Source: Candidatus Izemoplasmatales bacterium (GTDB lineage: Bacteria > Bacillota_I > Bacilli_A > Izemoplasmatales > Hujiaoplasmataceae). From it: DNA of 64,000 nucleotides. Made by a program: the position numbers and the translations under genes. The notes under the pieces were generated by a model. That model was given only the letters and a program-made list of their open reading frames with translations, was not told the DNA's origin and did no database searches. Below are positions 1 through 10,474 of this stretch, piece after piece; positions within the stretch are counted from its first letter, which is position 1, and every line of letters starts with the position of its first letter. The stretch lies in NCBI GenBank assembly GCA_050177605.1, contig JBFXGX010000002.1, positions 64,001 through 128,000 of the forward strand. The letters are read 5' to 3'.

Positions 1-174
1 TGGCTTGCTTCAATGATAGGACTTGCATTTGGTATGGGTGGATACGTGATTGGGACAGTCATCAGTTTATTCTCTCTTGTCTTTTTAACAGGAGTCAGAA
101 AATTGCTTGAACTTACAACGATCAAACATGTTAAATCGCCTGACATTCTAGGTGCTGAAATAATAGAAAAGTAG
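1..174 (+). CDS. MgtC/SapB family membrane protein, C-terminal part (5'-truncated by window)
   Basis: Frame 1 reads WLASMIGLAFGMGGYVIG...EIIEK* with TAG at 172-174; matches the MgtC W..A.IGLA.G.G.Y motif. Confidence 0.7.
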   Translation, partial: WLASMIGLAFGMGGYVIGTVISLFSLVFLTGVRKLLELTTIKHVKSPDILGAEIIEK

Positions 175-203
175 AGGTATTCAATTGAGTGCCTCTTTTT
201 TTT
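173..203 (+). terminator. Intrinsic terminator
   Basis: AGAGGTATTC-AATT-GAGTGCCTCT followed by T-run. Confidence 0.75.
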
Positions 204-281
204 ATGACTTTTTCATTCATATTTTTTGCAAAAAGAAGCGCTATAGAGTACAATAGAAGGTGTTGATTTGGAGGTAAATAT

Positions 282-1097
282 ATGGCAACTTTAGAAATTA
301 AAAACTTATTCGTATCAGTCGAAGGACGTACGATTTTACACGGAATAAATTTAACCGTTAATGGCGGAGAAACTCACGCAATTATGGGACCGAATGGAAC
401 AGGGAAATCAACCCTTGCTCAAATTATTATGGGTCATCCAAAATATGTGATCGAATCTGGTGAAATACTACTTGATGGAGAACTAGTCAATGAAATGCCA
501 GTCGATGAAAGAAGTCGCAAAGGAATTTTTCTTGCAATGCAAAATCCGGTTGAAGTACCAGGGGTAACCAACTTTGATTTTGTAAAAACAGCTGTGACGT
601 CTAGACTACCAAAAGATAAACATTTGCGTATTGGCAAATTTATCTTAGAGTTTGAAGATAGTGCTAAAGATTTAAAGATGGCATCTGGATTATCTCATCG
701 CTTCTTAAATCAAGGATTTAGTGGTGGAGAGAAAAAAAGAAATGAAATCTTACAAATGAAATTACTAAAACCATCCATCGCATTTTTGGATGAAATCGAT
801 TCTGGCCTAGATGTTGATGCACTTAGAATTGTTGGCGAAAATGTTACAAAACTTAAATCACCAGATTTAGGTATGGTACTCATCACCCATTATCAAAGAT
901 TATTAGATTACATTGTACCTGATGTTGTTCATATTATGATAAAAGGTCAAATTGTTAAAACAGGTGGAAAAGAACTCATCGCTAAAATTGATTCTGATGG
1001 ATATGATTGGTTAAAAGAAGAACTTGGCATTACTGATTTTGACGAAGCACCTAAACAAGTTTCCCTTGGCACATGTGCGACAAAATCTTTACATTAG
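282..1097 (+). CDS. sufC: Fe-S cluster assembly ATPase SufC
   Basis: Walker A GPNGTGKST, FSGGEKKRNE signature, DEIDSGLD; first gene of suf cluster. Confidence 0.97.
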   Translation: MATLEIKNLFVSVEGRTILHGINLTVNGGETHAIMGPNGTGKSTLAQIIMGHPKYVIESGEILLDGELVNEMPVDERSRKGIFLAMQNPVEVPGVTNFDFVKTAVTSRLPKDKHLRIGKFILEFEDSAKDLKMASGLSHRFLNQGFSGGEKKRNEILQMKLLKPSIAFLDEIDSGLDVDALRIVGENVTKLKSPDLGMVLITHYQRLLDYIVPDVVHIMIKGQIVKTGGKELIAKIDSDGYDWLKEELGITDFDEAPKQVSLGTCATKSLH

Positions 1098-1106
1098 GGT
1101 AGCATA

Positions 1107-2018
1107 ATGAAATTACCTATTTATGTAGCCAATGAAGCAGATATTCTTATAACCGATCAAGTAATAGGTTCTATACCAGGTGTTGAGATTACGTTAAGTA
1201 ATTCCTATTTATCATTATCCATAATGAAATCAGTGAAAGATGAAGTAACTGTCGTTATTTTATCGAATAATCCTTATGAAATTTCTTTTTCGTTTGAAAA
1301 AGATACGATGTGCAAGTTGAATGTCATTTACTATTTTACAAAGAAAACCAAATTGAATACTTTATTTAGTCTTTGTGATGACACGAATGTATTACTCAAC
1401 GAAACCTATTTATCTTCGAAAAAAGTAGAGGTTCAAAATAATCGAGAATTTGCATTATCTAGAAATGCGGTTCTAAACCTCAATTTAGGACAGTTATCAG
1501 TAGGTTCATTCGTAATGAATGAAGAAATCTTATTAAAAGACGAGACTTCGGAATTAGCCTATGATACGCTTTATCTTGGGTCGAATGATGATCTCTTTAC
1601 TGTTACCCAAAATATTCGTCATCTATCGAAGAACGCAACCTCAAACATCAATAATATGATTGTCTCTAGTAATTCATCTGAACTGAATTTTTCAGTGAAT
1701 GGTTATATTGCGAAGGGAATGAGTGGCTCCGTTTGTCGTCAACAAAATCGTGGCGTAATCTTAAGTGAGACCGGGAGTGTCCGAGTAGATCCAAAACTAT
1801 ATATTGATGAATATGATGTTGAAGCTGGCCATGGCGCAGCGATTGGCCAAATCAATGAAGATGAAATGTTTTATTTATTAAGCCGTGGGTTGGATGAAAT
1901 CAACGCAAAAAGATTAATTTTATCAGGATATACAGAAAATTATTTAAGCAGTTTAGAAGACTCCTTATTTAAAACCAAAGTGATAAAAAAAGTGTCACAA
2001 AAAATCAAAGGAGAATAA
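1107..2018 (+). CDS. sufD: Fe-S cluster assembly protein SufD (short)
   Basis: C-terminal PKLYIDEYDVEAGHGAAIGQ..FYLLSRGL motif; position between sufC and sufS. Confidence 0.9.
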   Translation: MKLPIYVANEADILITDQVIGSIPGVEITLSNSYLSLSIMKSVKDEVTVVILSNNPYEISFSFEKDTMCKLNVIYYFTKKTKLNTLFSLCDDTNVLLNETYLSSKKVEVQNNREFALSRNAVLNLNLGQLSVGSFVMNEEILLKDETSELAYDTLYLGSNDDLFTVTQNIRHLSKNATSNINNMIVSSNSSELNFSVNGYIAKGMSGSVCRQQNRGVILSETGSVRVDPKLYIDEYDVEAGHGAAIGQINEDEMFYLLSRGLDEINAKRLILSGYTENYLSSLEDSLFKTKVIKKVSQKIKGE

Positions 2019-2019
2019 C

Positions 2020-3225
2020 GTGGAACAAAACATTTGGAAAAAAGACTTCCCACAATTACAAAATTCAATCGTTTATTTAGACTCTGCAGCGATGAGTTTA
2101 AAACCAAACACGGTTGTGGATCAGGTGCATCACTATTACAATGATCTTAGTGTAAACATTCACCGTGGTTTTTATCCAACTGGACTGGAAACTTCAGCGT
2201 TATACGAATCAACTCGTGAAACGGTTGCTTCTTATATTGGATGCAGTGAAGAAGAAATCGTATTTACAAGAGGTACAACAGCTTCATTAAATCTTGTGGC
2301 TTTTTCTTATGGATTGAATTCTATCAATGAAGGTGATGAAATCATCACTTCTGAGTTAGAACATCATTCAAATTTACTTCCATGGATGGAAGTTGCAAAA
2401 AAGAAAAATGCAAAACTTGTCTACATACCATTAACGGAAGAAGGACGAATTACAGTAGAAGCGTTTAAGTCAGTTCTCTCGTCAAAAACAAAAGTGGTCG
2501 CATTAACCTACGTATCAAATGTGATGGGATATATCACGCCAATAGAAGAAATTACCAAATTAGCGCATGAAGTAGGAGCGATTGTCTCAGTTGATGGCGC
2601 GCAGGCTCTGCCACATTTAAGAATTAATGTAAGAAAACTTGATATTGATTTCTTGGCTTTTTCTGGCCATAAAATGCTTGGGCCAACAGGTGTTGGTGTA
2701 CTATATGGAAAGCATTCATTGCTCGATAAAATGGCTCCAACAGAGTTTGGCGGAGATATGAATGATATCGTCAATAAATTCGACGCTGTCTACAAGGATG
2801 TTCCCTATCGTTTTGAATCAGGGACAATGCCCGTTGCCAGTGTCATTGGCTTAAAGAACGCAATCGACTATTTGAATCAAGTAGGGATCGAAACGATTGA
2901 AGACTATCAAAACAAAGTCTACAGATACGCGCTTGCGCGTCTGTCAAAAATAGAGGGTGTGGAGATTTATAATCCAAACAGCGATACTGCAATTATCTCT
3001 TTTAATTTAAAAGATGTTCCACCCCATGATGCAGTATCTTATTATAGTGAAAAAAACATTTGTATGCGCTCTGGACAACATTGTGCAAAACTAGTATCAG
3101 ATTTTCTTGGTATTCAAGGATGTTTACGCGCATCATTTTATATTTATAATGATTATAAAGACGTTGATCAATTCATTGACGTCACGAAAGAAGCCATCGC
3201 TTTCTTTAAAAGAATGGGCTTTTAG
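2020..3225 (+). CDS. sufS: Cysteine desulfurase SufS
   Basis: YLDSAA, SGHKM (PLP lysine), RSGQHCA catalytic Cys; GTG start. Confidence 0.96.
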   Translation: MEQNIWKKDFPQLQNSIVYLDSAAMSLKPNTVVDQVHHYYNDLSVNIHRGFYPTGLETSALYESTRETVASYIGCSEEEIVFTRGTTASLNLVAFSYGLNSINEGDEIITSELEHHSNLLPWMEVAKKKNAKLVYIPLTEEGRITVEAFKSVLSSKTKVVALTYVSNVMGYITPIEEITKLAHEVGAIVSVDGAQALPHLRINVRKLDIDFLAFSGHKMLGPTGVGVLYGKHSLLDKMAPTEFGGDMNDIVNKFDAVYKDVPYRFESGTMPVASVIGLKNAIDYLNQVGIETIEDYQNKVYRYALARLSKIEGVEIYNPNSDTAIISFNLKDVPPHDAVSYYSEKNICMRSGQHCAKLVSDFLGIQGCLRASFYIYNDYKDVDQFIDVTKEAIAFFKRMGF

Positions 3226-3234
3226 GAGGGTCAA

Positions 3235-3660
3235 ATGGCAAATTTAGAAAACTTATATCGTGAAGTAATTATGGAACACTATAAACACCCTAGGAATAAA
3301 GGGCTAATTATTGATCCAACCTATGTTTCAAAACATATCAAAAGTCCCACATGTATTGATGATATTACTGTACAATCAAAGGTAGAAAATGGGAAAGTAG
3401 TGGATTGTAGGCATGATGGAACAGGATGTTCTATTTGCTGCGCATCCGCATCCATTCTCACTGAAATGGTGATTGATAGAACGGTTGAAGAAGCCGAAAA
3501 AATTGTCACAAACTATATCAATATGGTAACGAATCAACCATATGACTCATCGGTAGATTTAGAAGAAGCAATGGCATTTGAAGAAGTTAGGTTATATCCT
3601 GCAAGAGTCAAATGTGCTTCGTTATCATGGAAGGCATTTTTAGATACAATTAAAAAGTAA
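3235..3660 (+). CDS. sufU: SufU sulfur-transfer/scaffold protein
   Basis: [15 protein letters not shown], PTCxD, GCSI, RVKCA motifs. Confidence 0.95.
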   Translation: MANLENLYREVIMEHYKHPRNKGLIIDPTYVSKHIKSPTCIDDITVQSKVENGKVVDCRHDGTGCSICCASASILTEMVIDRTVEEAEKIVTNYINMVTNQPYDSSVDLEEAMAFEEVRLYPARVKCASLSWKAFLDTIKK

Positions 3661-3674
3661 AGGAGGTAAGGATT

Positions 3675-5087
3675 TTGAGCGATAAAGAAAGAGCGAACGT
3701 CGAAGGAATCGTTAGTGATTACAAATATGGATTTAAAACAGATTCCGAAAGCGTATTTCAAACCAAAAAAGGTTTGTCCAAAGAAGTAGTTACTGAAATC
3801 TCAAAATATAAAAATGAGCCTGAGTGGATGTTAGATATCCGTCTAAAAGCATATCAAGCGTTTATTGATAAACCAAATCCTACTTGGGGACCCAATCTAG
3901 ATTTTATTGATTTTGATGATATCGTCTATTATATTAAACCATCGAATAAAGTTGAAAATAATTGGAGTGAGGTACCAAGTGAAATTAAAGATACCTTTAA
4001 TAAACTTGGTATTCCTGAAGCAGAACAAAAATATCTTGCAGGGGTCACCACGCAATTTGAAAGTGAAGCTGTCTATCACTCTACAATTCAAGAACTCGTT
4101 GATTTAGGGGTGATTTTCTTAGATACTGATAGTGCATTAAGAGAGCATCCTGAAATCGTCAAAGAATATTTTGGGAAAGTTGTTAGCTATAAAGACAATA
4201 AGTATGCGGCGCTAAATACTGCTGTTTGGAGTGGTGGGTCCTTTATTTATGTTCCAAAAGGAGTCGTCATTGAAAAACCACTCCAATCCTATTTTAGAAT
4301 TAATTCTGAAAAAATGGGTCAATTTGAAAGGACTTTAATCATTGTCGAAGATAGTGCTTCCTTAAATTATGTTGAAGGATGTACCGCACCGATTTATTCT
4401 AGTGACTCCCTTCATGCGGCAGTCGTCGAAATTTTTGTGAAAGATAATGCTTATTGTCGTTATTCTACAGTTCAGAACTGGTCTAATAATATCATTAATT
4501 TAGTTACCAAAAGAGCTCTTGTTGGTGAAAGAGGGCATATGGAATGGATTGATGGAAATATTGGCTCAGGACTCAATATGAAATATCCTAGTTGTATTCT
4601 TAGAGGTGACTATGCAAAAGGGACAACGATCTCCATTGCGTTTGCAGGAAAAGGACAACATCAAGATACTGGCGCAAAAATGATTCATATTGGGAAAAAT
4701 ACATCAAGCAAGATTATCTCAAAATCAATTGCGACAAAAGGTGGTAAAGTTAACTATAGAGGCCTTGTCAGTGAAGCGAAGGGCGCTACAGGTTCAAGAA
4801 GTAAAATCGAATGCGATACAATTCTCGTAGATGCCATTTCTACTTCTGATACCTTACCAACAAACATCGTAAAAAATTATAAAGGACAAATCGAACATGA
4901 AGCTACGGTATCGAAAGTGTCAGAAGAACAACTCTTCTACTTGATGAGTAGAGGACTCACTGAAGAAGAAGCAACCGAGATGATTGTTATGGGATTTATA
5001 GAACCATTCGCGAGAGAATTACCGATGGAATATGCGGTAGAACTCAATCAATTGATTAAACTCGAAATGGTTGGCTCCGTTGGTTAA
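3675..5087 (+). CDS. sufB: Fe-S cluster assembly protein SufB
   Basis: [39 protein letters not shown] start after AGGAGG. Confidence 0.97.
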   Translation: MSDKERANVEGIVSDYKYGFKTDSESVFQTKKGLSKEVVTEISKYKNEPEWMLDIRLKAYQAFIDKPNPTWGPNLDFIDFDDIVYYIKPSNKVENNWSEVPSEIKDTFNKLGIPEAEQKYLAGVTTQFESEAVYHSTIQELVDLGVIFLDTDSALREHPEIVKEYFGKVVSYKDNKYAALNTAVWSGGSFIYVPKGVVIEKPLQSYFRINSEKMGQFERTLIIVEDSASLNYVEGCTAPIYSSDSLHAAVVEIFVKDNAYCRYSTVQNWSNNIINLVTKRALVGERGHMEWIDGNIGSGLNMKYPSCILRGDYAKGTTISIAFAGKGQHQDTGAKMIHIGKNTSSKIISKSIATKGGKVNYRGLVSEAKGATGSRSKIECDTILVDAISTSDTLPTNIVKNYKGQIEHEATVSKVSEEQLFYLMSRGLTEEEATEMIVMGFIEPFARELPMEYAVELNQLIKLEMVGSVG

Positions 5088-5110
5088 AAGCACAGAATAT
5101 GTGCTTTTTT
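5086..5110 (+). terminator. Intrinsic terminator after suf operon
   Basis: AAAAGCACA-GAATA-TGTGCTTTTTT. Confidence 0.8.
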
Positions 5111-5196
5111 CTTTATTTTTACACACCTATTTTTAAGAAGTTGCTTTTCATTTAAAGATGATTGTGATAGAATAACTAAAAAGGTGGTGGTGTATT

Positions 5197-5520
5197 ATGA
5201 AACTAGTGATGGCAATTGTGTCAAATGAAGATGCTAGTAAAGTAATCAAGACATTAATTAAAGAGAACTACTTTGTGACGAAACTCGCGACGACTGGTGG
5301 TTTCTTGATGAGCGGTAATACTACCATGATCATTGGTGTACAAGATGAATTACTTGATAAATGTATCCAAATTATTTCAGAAACATCCAGAAGAAGAACA
5401 AAATTGGTTCCGAATGCAATATCTTCTGAATTTGGGATCTTTTCATCAACACCAGTGGAAGTACAAGTTGGCGGCGCAACGATTTTTGTTCTCGATGTCG
5501 ATCAATTTATTAAAGCATAA
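5197..5520 (+). CDS. darA: PII-like cyclic-di-AMP receptor (DarA/PstA/YaaQ family)
   Basis: TKLATTGGFL..GNTT and VQVGGATIFV motifs, 107 aa. Confidence 0.92.
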   Translation: MKLVMAIVSNEDASKVIKTLIKENYFVTKLATTGGFLMSGNTTMIIGVQDELLDKCIQIISETSRRRTKLVPNAISSEFGIFSSTPVEVQVGGATIFVLDVDQFIKA

Positions 5521-5531
5521 TTATTTGACCT

Positions 5532-5560
5532 AAAAAGAGCTTAGTTAAGCTCTTTTTTTT
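5532..5560 (+). terminator. Intrinsic terminator
   Basis: AAAAAGAGCTTA-GT-TAAGCTCTTTTTTTT. Confidence 0.85.
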
Positions 5561-5600
5561 ATGAAAAATTAGAAAAAAAACATCACAAAATCTATCCTTG

Positions 5601-5627
5601 TGTTATAATGTATGTATACGGTTACAC
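5601..5627 (+). promoter_or_regulatory. Extended -10 promoter plus palindromic operator (copy 1)
   Basis: TGTTATAAT at 5601-5609 followed by ATGTATACGGTTACAC at 5612-5627. Confidence 0.75.
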
Positions 5628-5642
5628 AAGGGAGGGGAAGCC

Positions 5643-8309
5643 ATGAAAAAAACTGGTATTTTATTCTATGAGGATGGCTCATACAAGATTCCTCACATCG
5701 ACCAATTTAGTAATTTGTACTTTCCACTTTTTAACTACTTTGGAATGAAATCGGCGATTACTCCAACACTGCATGGTGATATAAAAATTGATCAAAATCA
5801 TTTTGGGATGATTCCATCTTCAGGTGAGGATTTAAAAAATCCTCTCAATGCTCGGAACATCTTTTTTCGCGTTGATGGGACAACTTGGAATGTTACAGGG
5901 TTGACACCATATCAAAAACAAGTTGAAGATGATGTTACACTTGAAAATGGATTGTTATATCAAAAAATCAAACGAAGAAACACTCATTTTGAAGTCGAAA
6001 TTACCAGTTTCGTTCCTTCTATCGAACGGGCGATTGAATTACATAAAGTCATCTTTAGAAATACATCCAATATCGATTTATCAGTAAAACCGGTTGTCGG
6101 GATTCCAATTTTTGGAAGAAGTGCAGATAACTTAAGAGATCATCGTCATGTGACCTCTTTGTTAAATAGAGTTTATCTGACAGAGTATGGCGTTATTAAT
6201 CAACCAACGCTTTCTTTTGATGAAAGAGGGCATCAAGAAAATCATTATGCTTACGGCGTATTTGCAAAGTCAAATCTTCATTCAAAAGTCAAACATTATT
6301 GGCCGATTCTTCAAGAGTTCCTTGGCGAAGGAAGCGATATGTTTTATCCAAGTGTAGTTGCTTTTGATCAAGAAAATGACTATCAAGTTGGTGATATCGT
6401 TGAAGGGTTTGAAGCCATTGGTGGTCTTGAATTTGAAGAGATCAAAATAAGCCCAAATCAAGAACTCGAACTGATTGTTTCCTTTGAAATTCATAGCAAT
6501 CTTCATGAACTTATTTCACTCCAAAAAGAGATGAATGATATTTGCTTCAACTGTTTATTTGAAGAAACTAAAAACTTCTGGAAAAAAGACTTTGAAACCT
6601 CTTATTTTACAATCGGTGACAAAGATATGTCAGGATGGTATCGTCAAGTTGGAATTCAACCACTGGTAAGAAGAATTTATGGAAACTCCTTTTTACCACA
6701 TCATGATTATGGACGTGGAGGAAGAGGCTGGCGTGATTTATGGCAAGATAGCCTCGCGCTCATTTTAAAAAACCCTTCGGACGTTCGTAGTAATATCATT
6801 AACTATTTTAAAGGTGTCAGAATTGATGGTTCAAACGCTACAATCATTGGTGATAAACCAGGAGAATTTTTAGCCGATAGAAATAAAATAGTACGTGTTT
6901 GGTCCGATCATGGTGCATGGCCATTTATCACTGTTGATTTTTATATTCAAAGGACAGGCGACATAAACATCTTGTTAGAAAAACAAGGATATTTTAAAGA
7001 TAAGTTTACCCATTATACTAAACAAATTGATTCTTTATACAAAGAAGAACAAGGTAAAGATTTATTAAAGAAAGATGGTTCAGTATATCAAGGAACGATC
7101 TTAGAACATATATTAGTACAAAACTTAGCGGCTTATTATAATGTCGGTCTTCATGGTAATATTCGGATTGAAGATGCCGATTGGAATGATGGATTTGATA
7201 TGGCTTCACTGAAAGGTGAAACGGTTGCGTTCACTCACCTTTATATTGGTAATTTAAGAAAAATGATTGAGTTACTTCTCAAATTGAAGGAAGTTGGACA
7301 TACACATATTACCGTATTTGAAGAGTTCCAGTACTTGATGAATAAAGATCAACACAAAGGATTAACACCAACTAAGAAACAAGAGAAGCTAGCGCATTTC
7401 TTTGATCAAGTCACACATCAATTAAGTGGAAAGACACTTGAAATATTAATTGAAGGTATCGTAAAAGATCTTGAACTTAAAATCGATGTTATGATGACTC
7501 ATCTTAACCTACAAGAGTGGATGAGTTTTGGAGATTTAGGAACATTTAACGGCTACTATGATAAGTTTGGAAATAGAGTAGAATCACTTGAAGACCCAGT
7601 GAAATTAATGCTAACATCGCAAGTATTCCCACTCATGGCACATAATGCATCAGCTGAACAGATTCAAAAAATCTATCAAACATCCAAAAAATACCTTTAC
7701 TCAGATGAATTTAAAAGTTATCGTCTCAATACTCCTTTTGGCGAGAATAAAATGAATTTAGGAAGGTTTATGGGCTTTGCCTATGGACATAAAGAGAATG
7801 GCGCATTTTTCTCTCATATGACGATGATGTTTGCCTATGCATTACTCGATAATGGATACACGCTAGAAGGGACAGATATCATCGATGATTACATTCATTA
7901 TCTCCTTGATATTAATCGTTCCAAAATTCTTCCTGGAATTCCCGAATATATCGATCCAACCGGTCGTGGAATGTATCATTTCTTAACAGGATCAGCTTCT
8001 TGGGTTGTGATTACACTTGTCGAACAAATCTTTGGAGTTAAAGCTCGTTTTGGAGATTTAGTTTTATCTCCTCATTTAAGAAAAAGACATTTTGATTTGA
8101 GTGACCCTAGTCTTAATATCATCCTACATGGAAAGAAATTGAACATTTCATACCAAAATACGATGGGATTAGAATATGGTGAATATCATATCGAAAAAGT
8201 TATTCTGAATAAAACTGAAATAAAAACAGATAAATACGAATGTATTATTCCAAAAGAAAACATCACTGAAGATGCTAAAATTATTGTAATTTTAGGAGGA
8301 GACAAATGA
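5643..8309 (+). CDS. GH94 glycoside phosphorylase, probable laminaribiose phosphorylase
   Basis: GRGGRGWRDLWQD, ADWNDG (catalytic Asp), HKENGA, LTGSASW motifs; start moved to ATG 5643 after GGAGGGG RBS; beta-1,3-glucan gene context. Confidence 0.85.
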   Translation: MKKTGILFYEDGSYKIPHIDQFSNLYFPLFNYFGMKSAITPTLHGDIKIDQNHFGMIPSSGEDLKNPLNARNIFFRVDGTTWNVTGLTPYQKQVEDDVTLENGLLYQKIKRRNTHFEVEITSFVPSIERAIELHKVIFRNTSNIDLSVKPVVGIPIFGRSADNLRDHRHVTSLLNRVYLTEYGVINQPTLSFDERGHQENHYAYGVFAKSNLHSKVKHYWPILQEFLGEGSDMFYPSVVAFDQENDYQVGDIVEGFEAIGGLEFEEIKISPNQELELIVSFEIHSNLHELISLQKEMNDICFNCLFEETKNFWKKDFETSYFTIGDKDMSGWYRQVGIQPLVRRIYGNSFLPHHDYGRGGRGWRDLWQDSLALILKNPSDVRSNIINYFKGVRIDGSNATIIGDKPGEFLADRNKIVRVWSDHGAWPFITVDFYIQRTGDINILLEKQGYFKDKFTHYTKQIDSLYKEEQGKDLLKKDGSVYQGTILEHILVQNLAAYYNVGLHGNIRIEDADWNDGFDMASLKGETVAFTHLYIGNLRKMIELLLKLKEVGHTHITVFEEFQYLMNKDQHKGLTPTKKQEKLAHFFDQVTHQLSGKTLEILIEGIVKDLELKIDVMMTHLNLQEWMSFGDLGTFNGYYDKFGNRVESLEDPVKLMLTSQVFPLMAHNASAEQIQKIYQTSKKYLYSDEFKSYRLNTPFGENKMNLGRFMGFAYGHKENGAFFSHMTMMFAYALLDNGYTLEGTDIIDDYIHYLLDINRSKILPGIPEYIDPTGRGMYHFLTGSASWVVITLVEQIFGVKARFGDLVLSPHLRKRHFDLSDPSLNIILHGKKLNISYQNTMGLEYGEYHIEKVILNKTEIKTDKYECIIPKENITEDAKIIVILGGDK

Positions 8310-9046
8310 AAAAGTATGTATTAAATTGGTCTGATGAATTTGATTATGAAGGTCCAGTAGATTCTTCAAAATGGAGTTATGATTTAGGCTATGGAAAATG
8401 GGGAAATGGAGAACCGCAATATTATACTGAAGGTCATAATTCTTGGTGTAAAGATTCAATATTGACAATTGAAGGTCGTGTTGAAGATTATGAAGGATGC
8501 CACTATACTTCAGCCCGTGTTACGACATATGAGAAGAAACATTTTCTCTATGGACGATTAGAAGTAAGAGCAAAGATTCCAACCGCAATAGGTTCATGGC
8601 CAGCAATATGGTTATTACCTGTAGAATTTAAAGAAAAACAAGTTAGTTGGCCAAGATGTGGTGAAATTGATGTTATGGAACATGTCACACATATTTTCGA
8701 TACTGTTCATGTTAGTCTTCACACGGAATTATTTAATCATGTGGCAAGAACACAACGAACTCATTTTGAAAAAATCGATGGAATAACCAATGATTTTCAC
8801 GAATTTGCATTTAATTGGCAAAAAGATGAAATTGAGTTCTTTATCGATGGAGTATCCTTTGCGAAATATTCTAGATTTGATGAAGGCTACACGACAGATG
8901 AAACTGGATGGCCATTCGATAAACCTTATTACCTCATCTTAAATCAAGCCATTGGTGGTACTTGGGGTGGAAGAGTGGAAGAAAAAGACTACCCTTCACA
9001 GTTTCTCATTGATTACGTTCGCTTTTACGATATAATTGAAGACTAA
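8306..9046 (+). CDS. GH16 endo-beta-1,3-glucanase (laminarinase-like), cytoplasmic
   Basis: WSDEFD, WPAIW, EIDVME catalytic motif, IDYVR; no signal peptide. Confidence 0.92.
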   Translation: MKKYVLNWSDEFDYEGPVDSSKWSYDLGYGKWGNGEPQYYTEGHNSWCKDSILTIEGRVEDYEGCHYTSARVTTYEKKHFLYGRLEVRAKIPTAIGSWPAIWLLPVEFKEKQVSWPRCGEIDVMEHVTHIFDTVHVSLHTELFNHVARTQRTHFEKIDGITNDFHEFAFNWQKDEIEFFIDGVSFAKYSRFDEGYTTDETGWPFDKPYYLILNQAIGGTWGGRVEEKDYPSQFLIDYVRFYDIIED

Positions 9047-9070
9047 AGGTTGTGGAAACACAACCTTTTT
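9045..9070 (+). terminator. Intrinsic terminator
   Basis: AAAGGTTGTG-GAAA-CACAACCTTTTT. Confidence 0.85.
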
Positions 9071-9111
9071 CATATTTTGTTACACATATTGTGTTTTTAC
9101 TTCTAAAGAAG

Positions 9112-9137
9112 TATAATAGATATGTAAACAGTTACAC
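9112..9137 (+). promoter_or_regulatory. -10 box plus palindromic operator (copy 2)
   Basis: TATAAT 9112-9117 then ATGTAAACAGTTACAC 9122-9137. Confidence 0.75.
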
Positions 9138-9148
9138 AAAAAGGAGAA

Positions 9149-10465
9149 ATGAATATGTCAAAAGTGATTGTCACCGCTAAAAATACTGATTTTAGATTAT
9201 CTGTAACCAAAGATCTTACGTTGCCACTATCTAAAAAATCAAATGAAATTAAAATTAATAAAAATGTGAAATTCCAACAAATGCTCGGATTTGGTGGAGC
9301 TTTTACTGAATCAGCTTGTTATAACCTTTATCGAGTTAATAGTGAAGTAAGAAAAAAAGCTTTAGAACTTTATTTTGATCCAGAAATTGGTATTGGGTAT
9401 ACGATAGGCCGAGTATCCATCCATGGATGTGATTTTTCATTATCAAGTTACACTTACATTGAAGAAGGGGATAAAGAGTTAAAGACTTTTGATATTTCTC
9501 GCGATTTTAATTATGTCATTCCGGTCATTAAACAAGCCGAAAAAATGGCAGGACAACCCATCAAATTACTCGCCTCTCCTTGGACTCCACCAGCATTTAT
9601 GAAGGATAATAATTCTCCAATTCGCGGAGGTCATTTACTAGAAGAATTCGCACCTGCATGGGCAAATTATTATCTTAAGTTTATTGAAAAATACACTGAA
9701 GCTGGTCTTAATATTTGGGGGATTACAGTTCAAAATGAACCAGCGGCAGTACAACGTTGGGATTCATGTATATATTCACCAATTGAGGAAAGAGATTTCT
9801 TGAAAAATCATTTAGGACCAACTATCAAGAATTCAGTGTTCAAAGATGTAAACATTCTTGTTTGGGATCATAATCGTGATGTTATCGTTGAACGTGTTTC
9901 ACCAATTTTTTCTGACCCAGAAGCCGCAAAATATGCTTGGGGAACAGGATTCCATTGGTATGTGAGTGAAGCATTTGAAAATGTAGGAAAAGTAAAAGAA
10001 CTATTCCCAGACAAAGGATTATTATTTACCGAAGGATGCGTCGAAGCAGGTCCACATCGTGATGATTGGTCTACCGGAGAACGATATGCTAGAAATATGT
10101 TTGGAGATATCTTAAACTATTGTGAAGGGTATCTTGACTGGAACCTATTTTTAGATGAAACAGGCGGGCCAAATCACGTAAATAACTTATGTGACGCCCC
10201 AATCCTGATCGATATATTCCCTGAAAGACTGATTCTTGAATCAAGTTATTATTACATTGGTCAAATATCAAAATATGTAAAACCAGGATCTTATCGTATT
10301 GAAACAAGCTTTAAACACGATTTTATTCAAGTATTAGGATTTGAAAATCCAAATGGTGAAGTGGTCGTGGTGTTGCTCAATCAAACAGATCAATCAGATA
10401 CTGTTCAAGTGGGCGATAATGACTATCAAGTTTTAGCTCATTCGATAATGACAATTGTTTTATAG
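9149..10465 (+). CDS. GH30 glycoside hydrolase (beta-glucosidase/beta-1,6-glucanase-like), cytoplasmic
   Basis: GFGGAFT, ASPWTPP, QNEP acid/base, FTEGC nucleophile, DWNL; no signal peptide. Confidence 0.92.
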   Translation: MNMSKVIVTAKNTDFRLSVTKDLTLPLSKKSNEIKINKNVKFQQMLGFGGAFTESACYNLYRVNSEVRKKALELYFDPEIGIGYTIGRVSIHGCDFSLSSYTYIEEGDKELKTFDISRDFNYVIPVIKQAEKMAGQPIKLLASPWTPPAFMKDNNSPIRGGHLLEEFAPAWANYYLKFIEKYTEAGLNIWGITVQNEPAAVQRWDSCIYSPIEERDFLKNHLGPTIKNSVFKDVNILVWDHNRDVIVERVSPIFSDPEAAKYAWGTGFHWYVSEAFENVGKVKELFPDKGLLFTEGCVEAGPHRDDWSTGERYARNMFGDILNYCEGYLDWNLFLDETGGPNHVNNLCDAPILIDIFPERLILESSYYYIGQISKYVKPGSYRIETSFKHDFIQVLGFENPNGEVVVVLLNQTDQSDTVQVGDNDYQVLAHSIMTIVL

Positions 10466-10474
10466 GAGTAAAAG

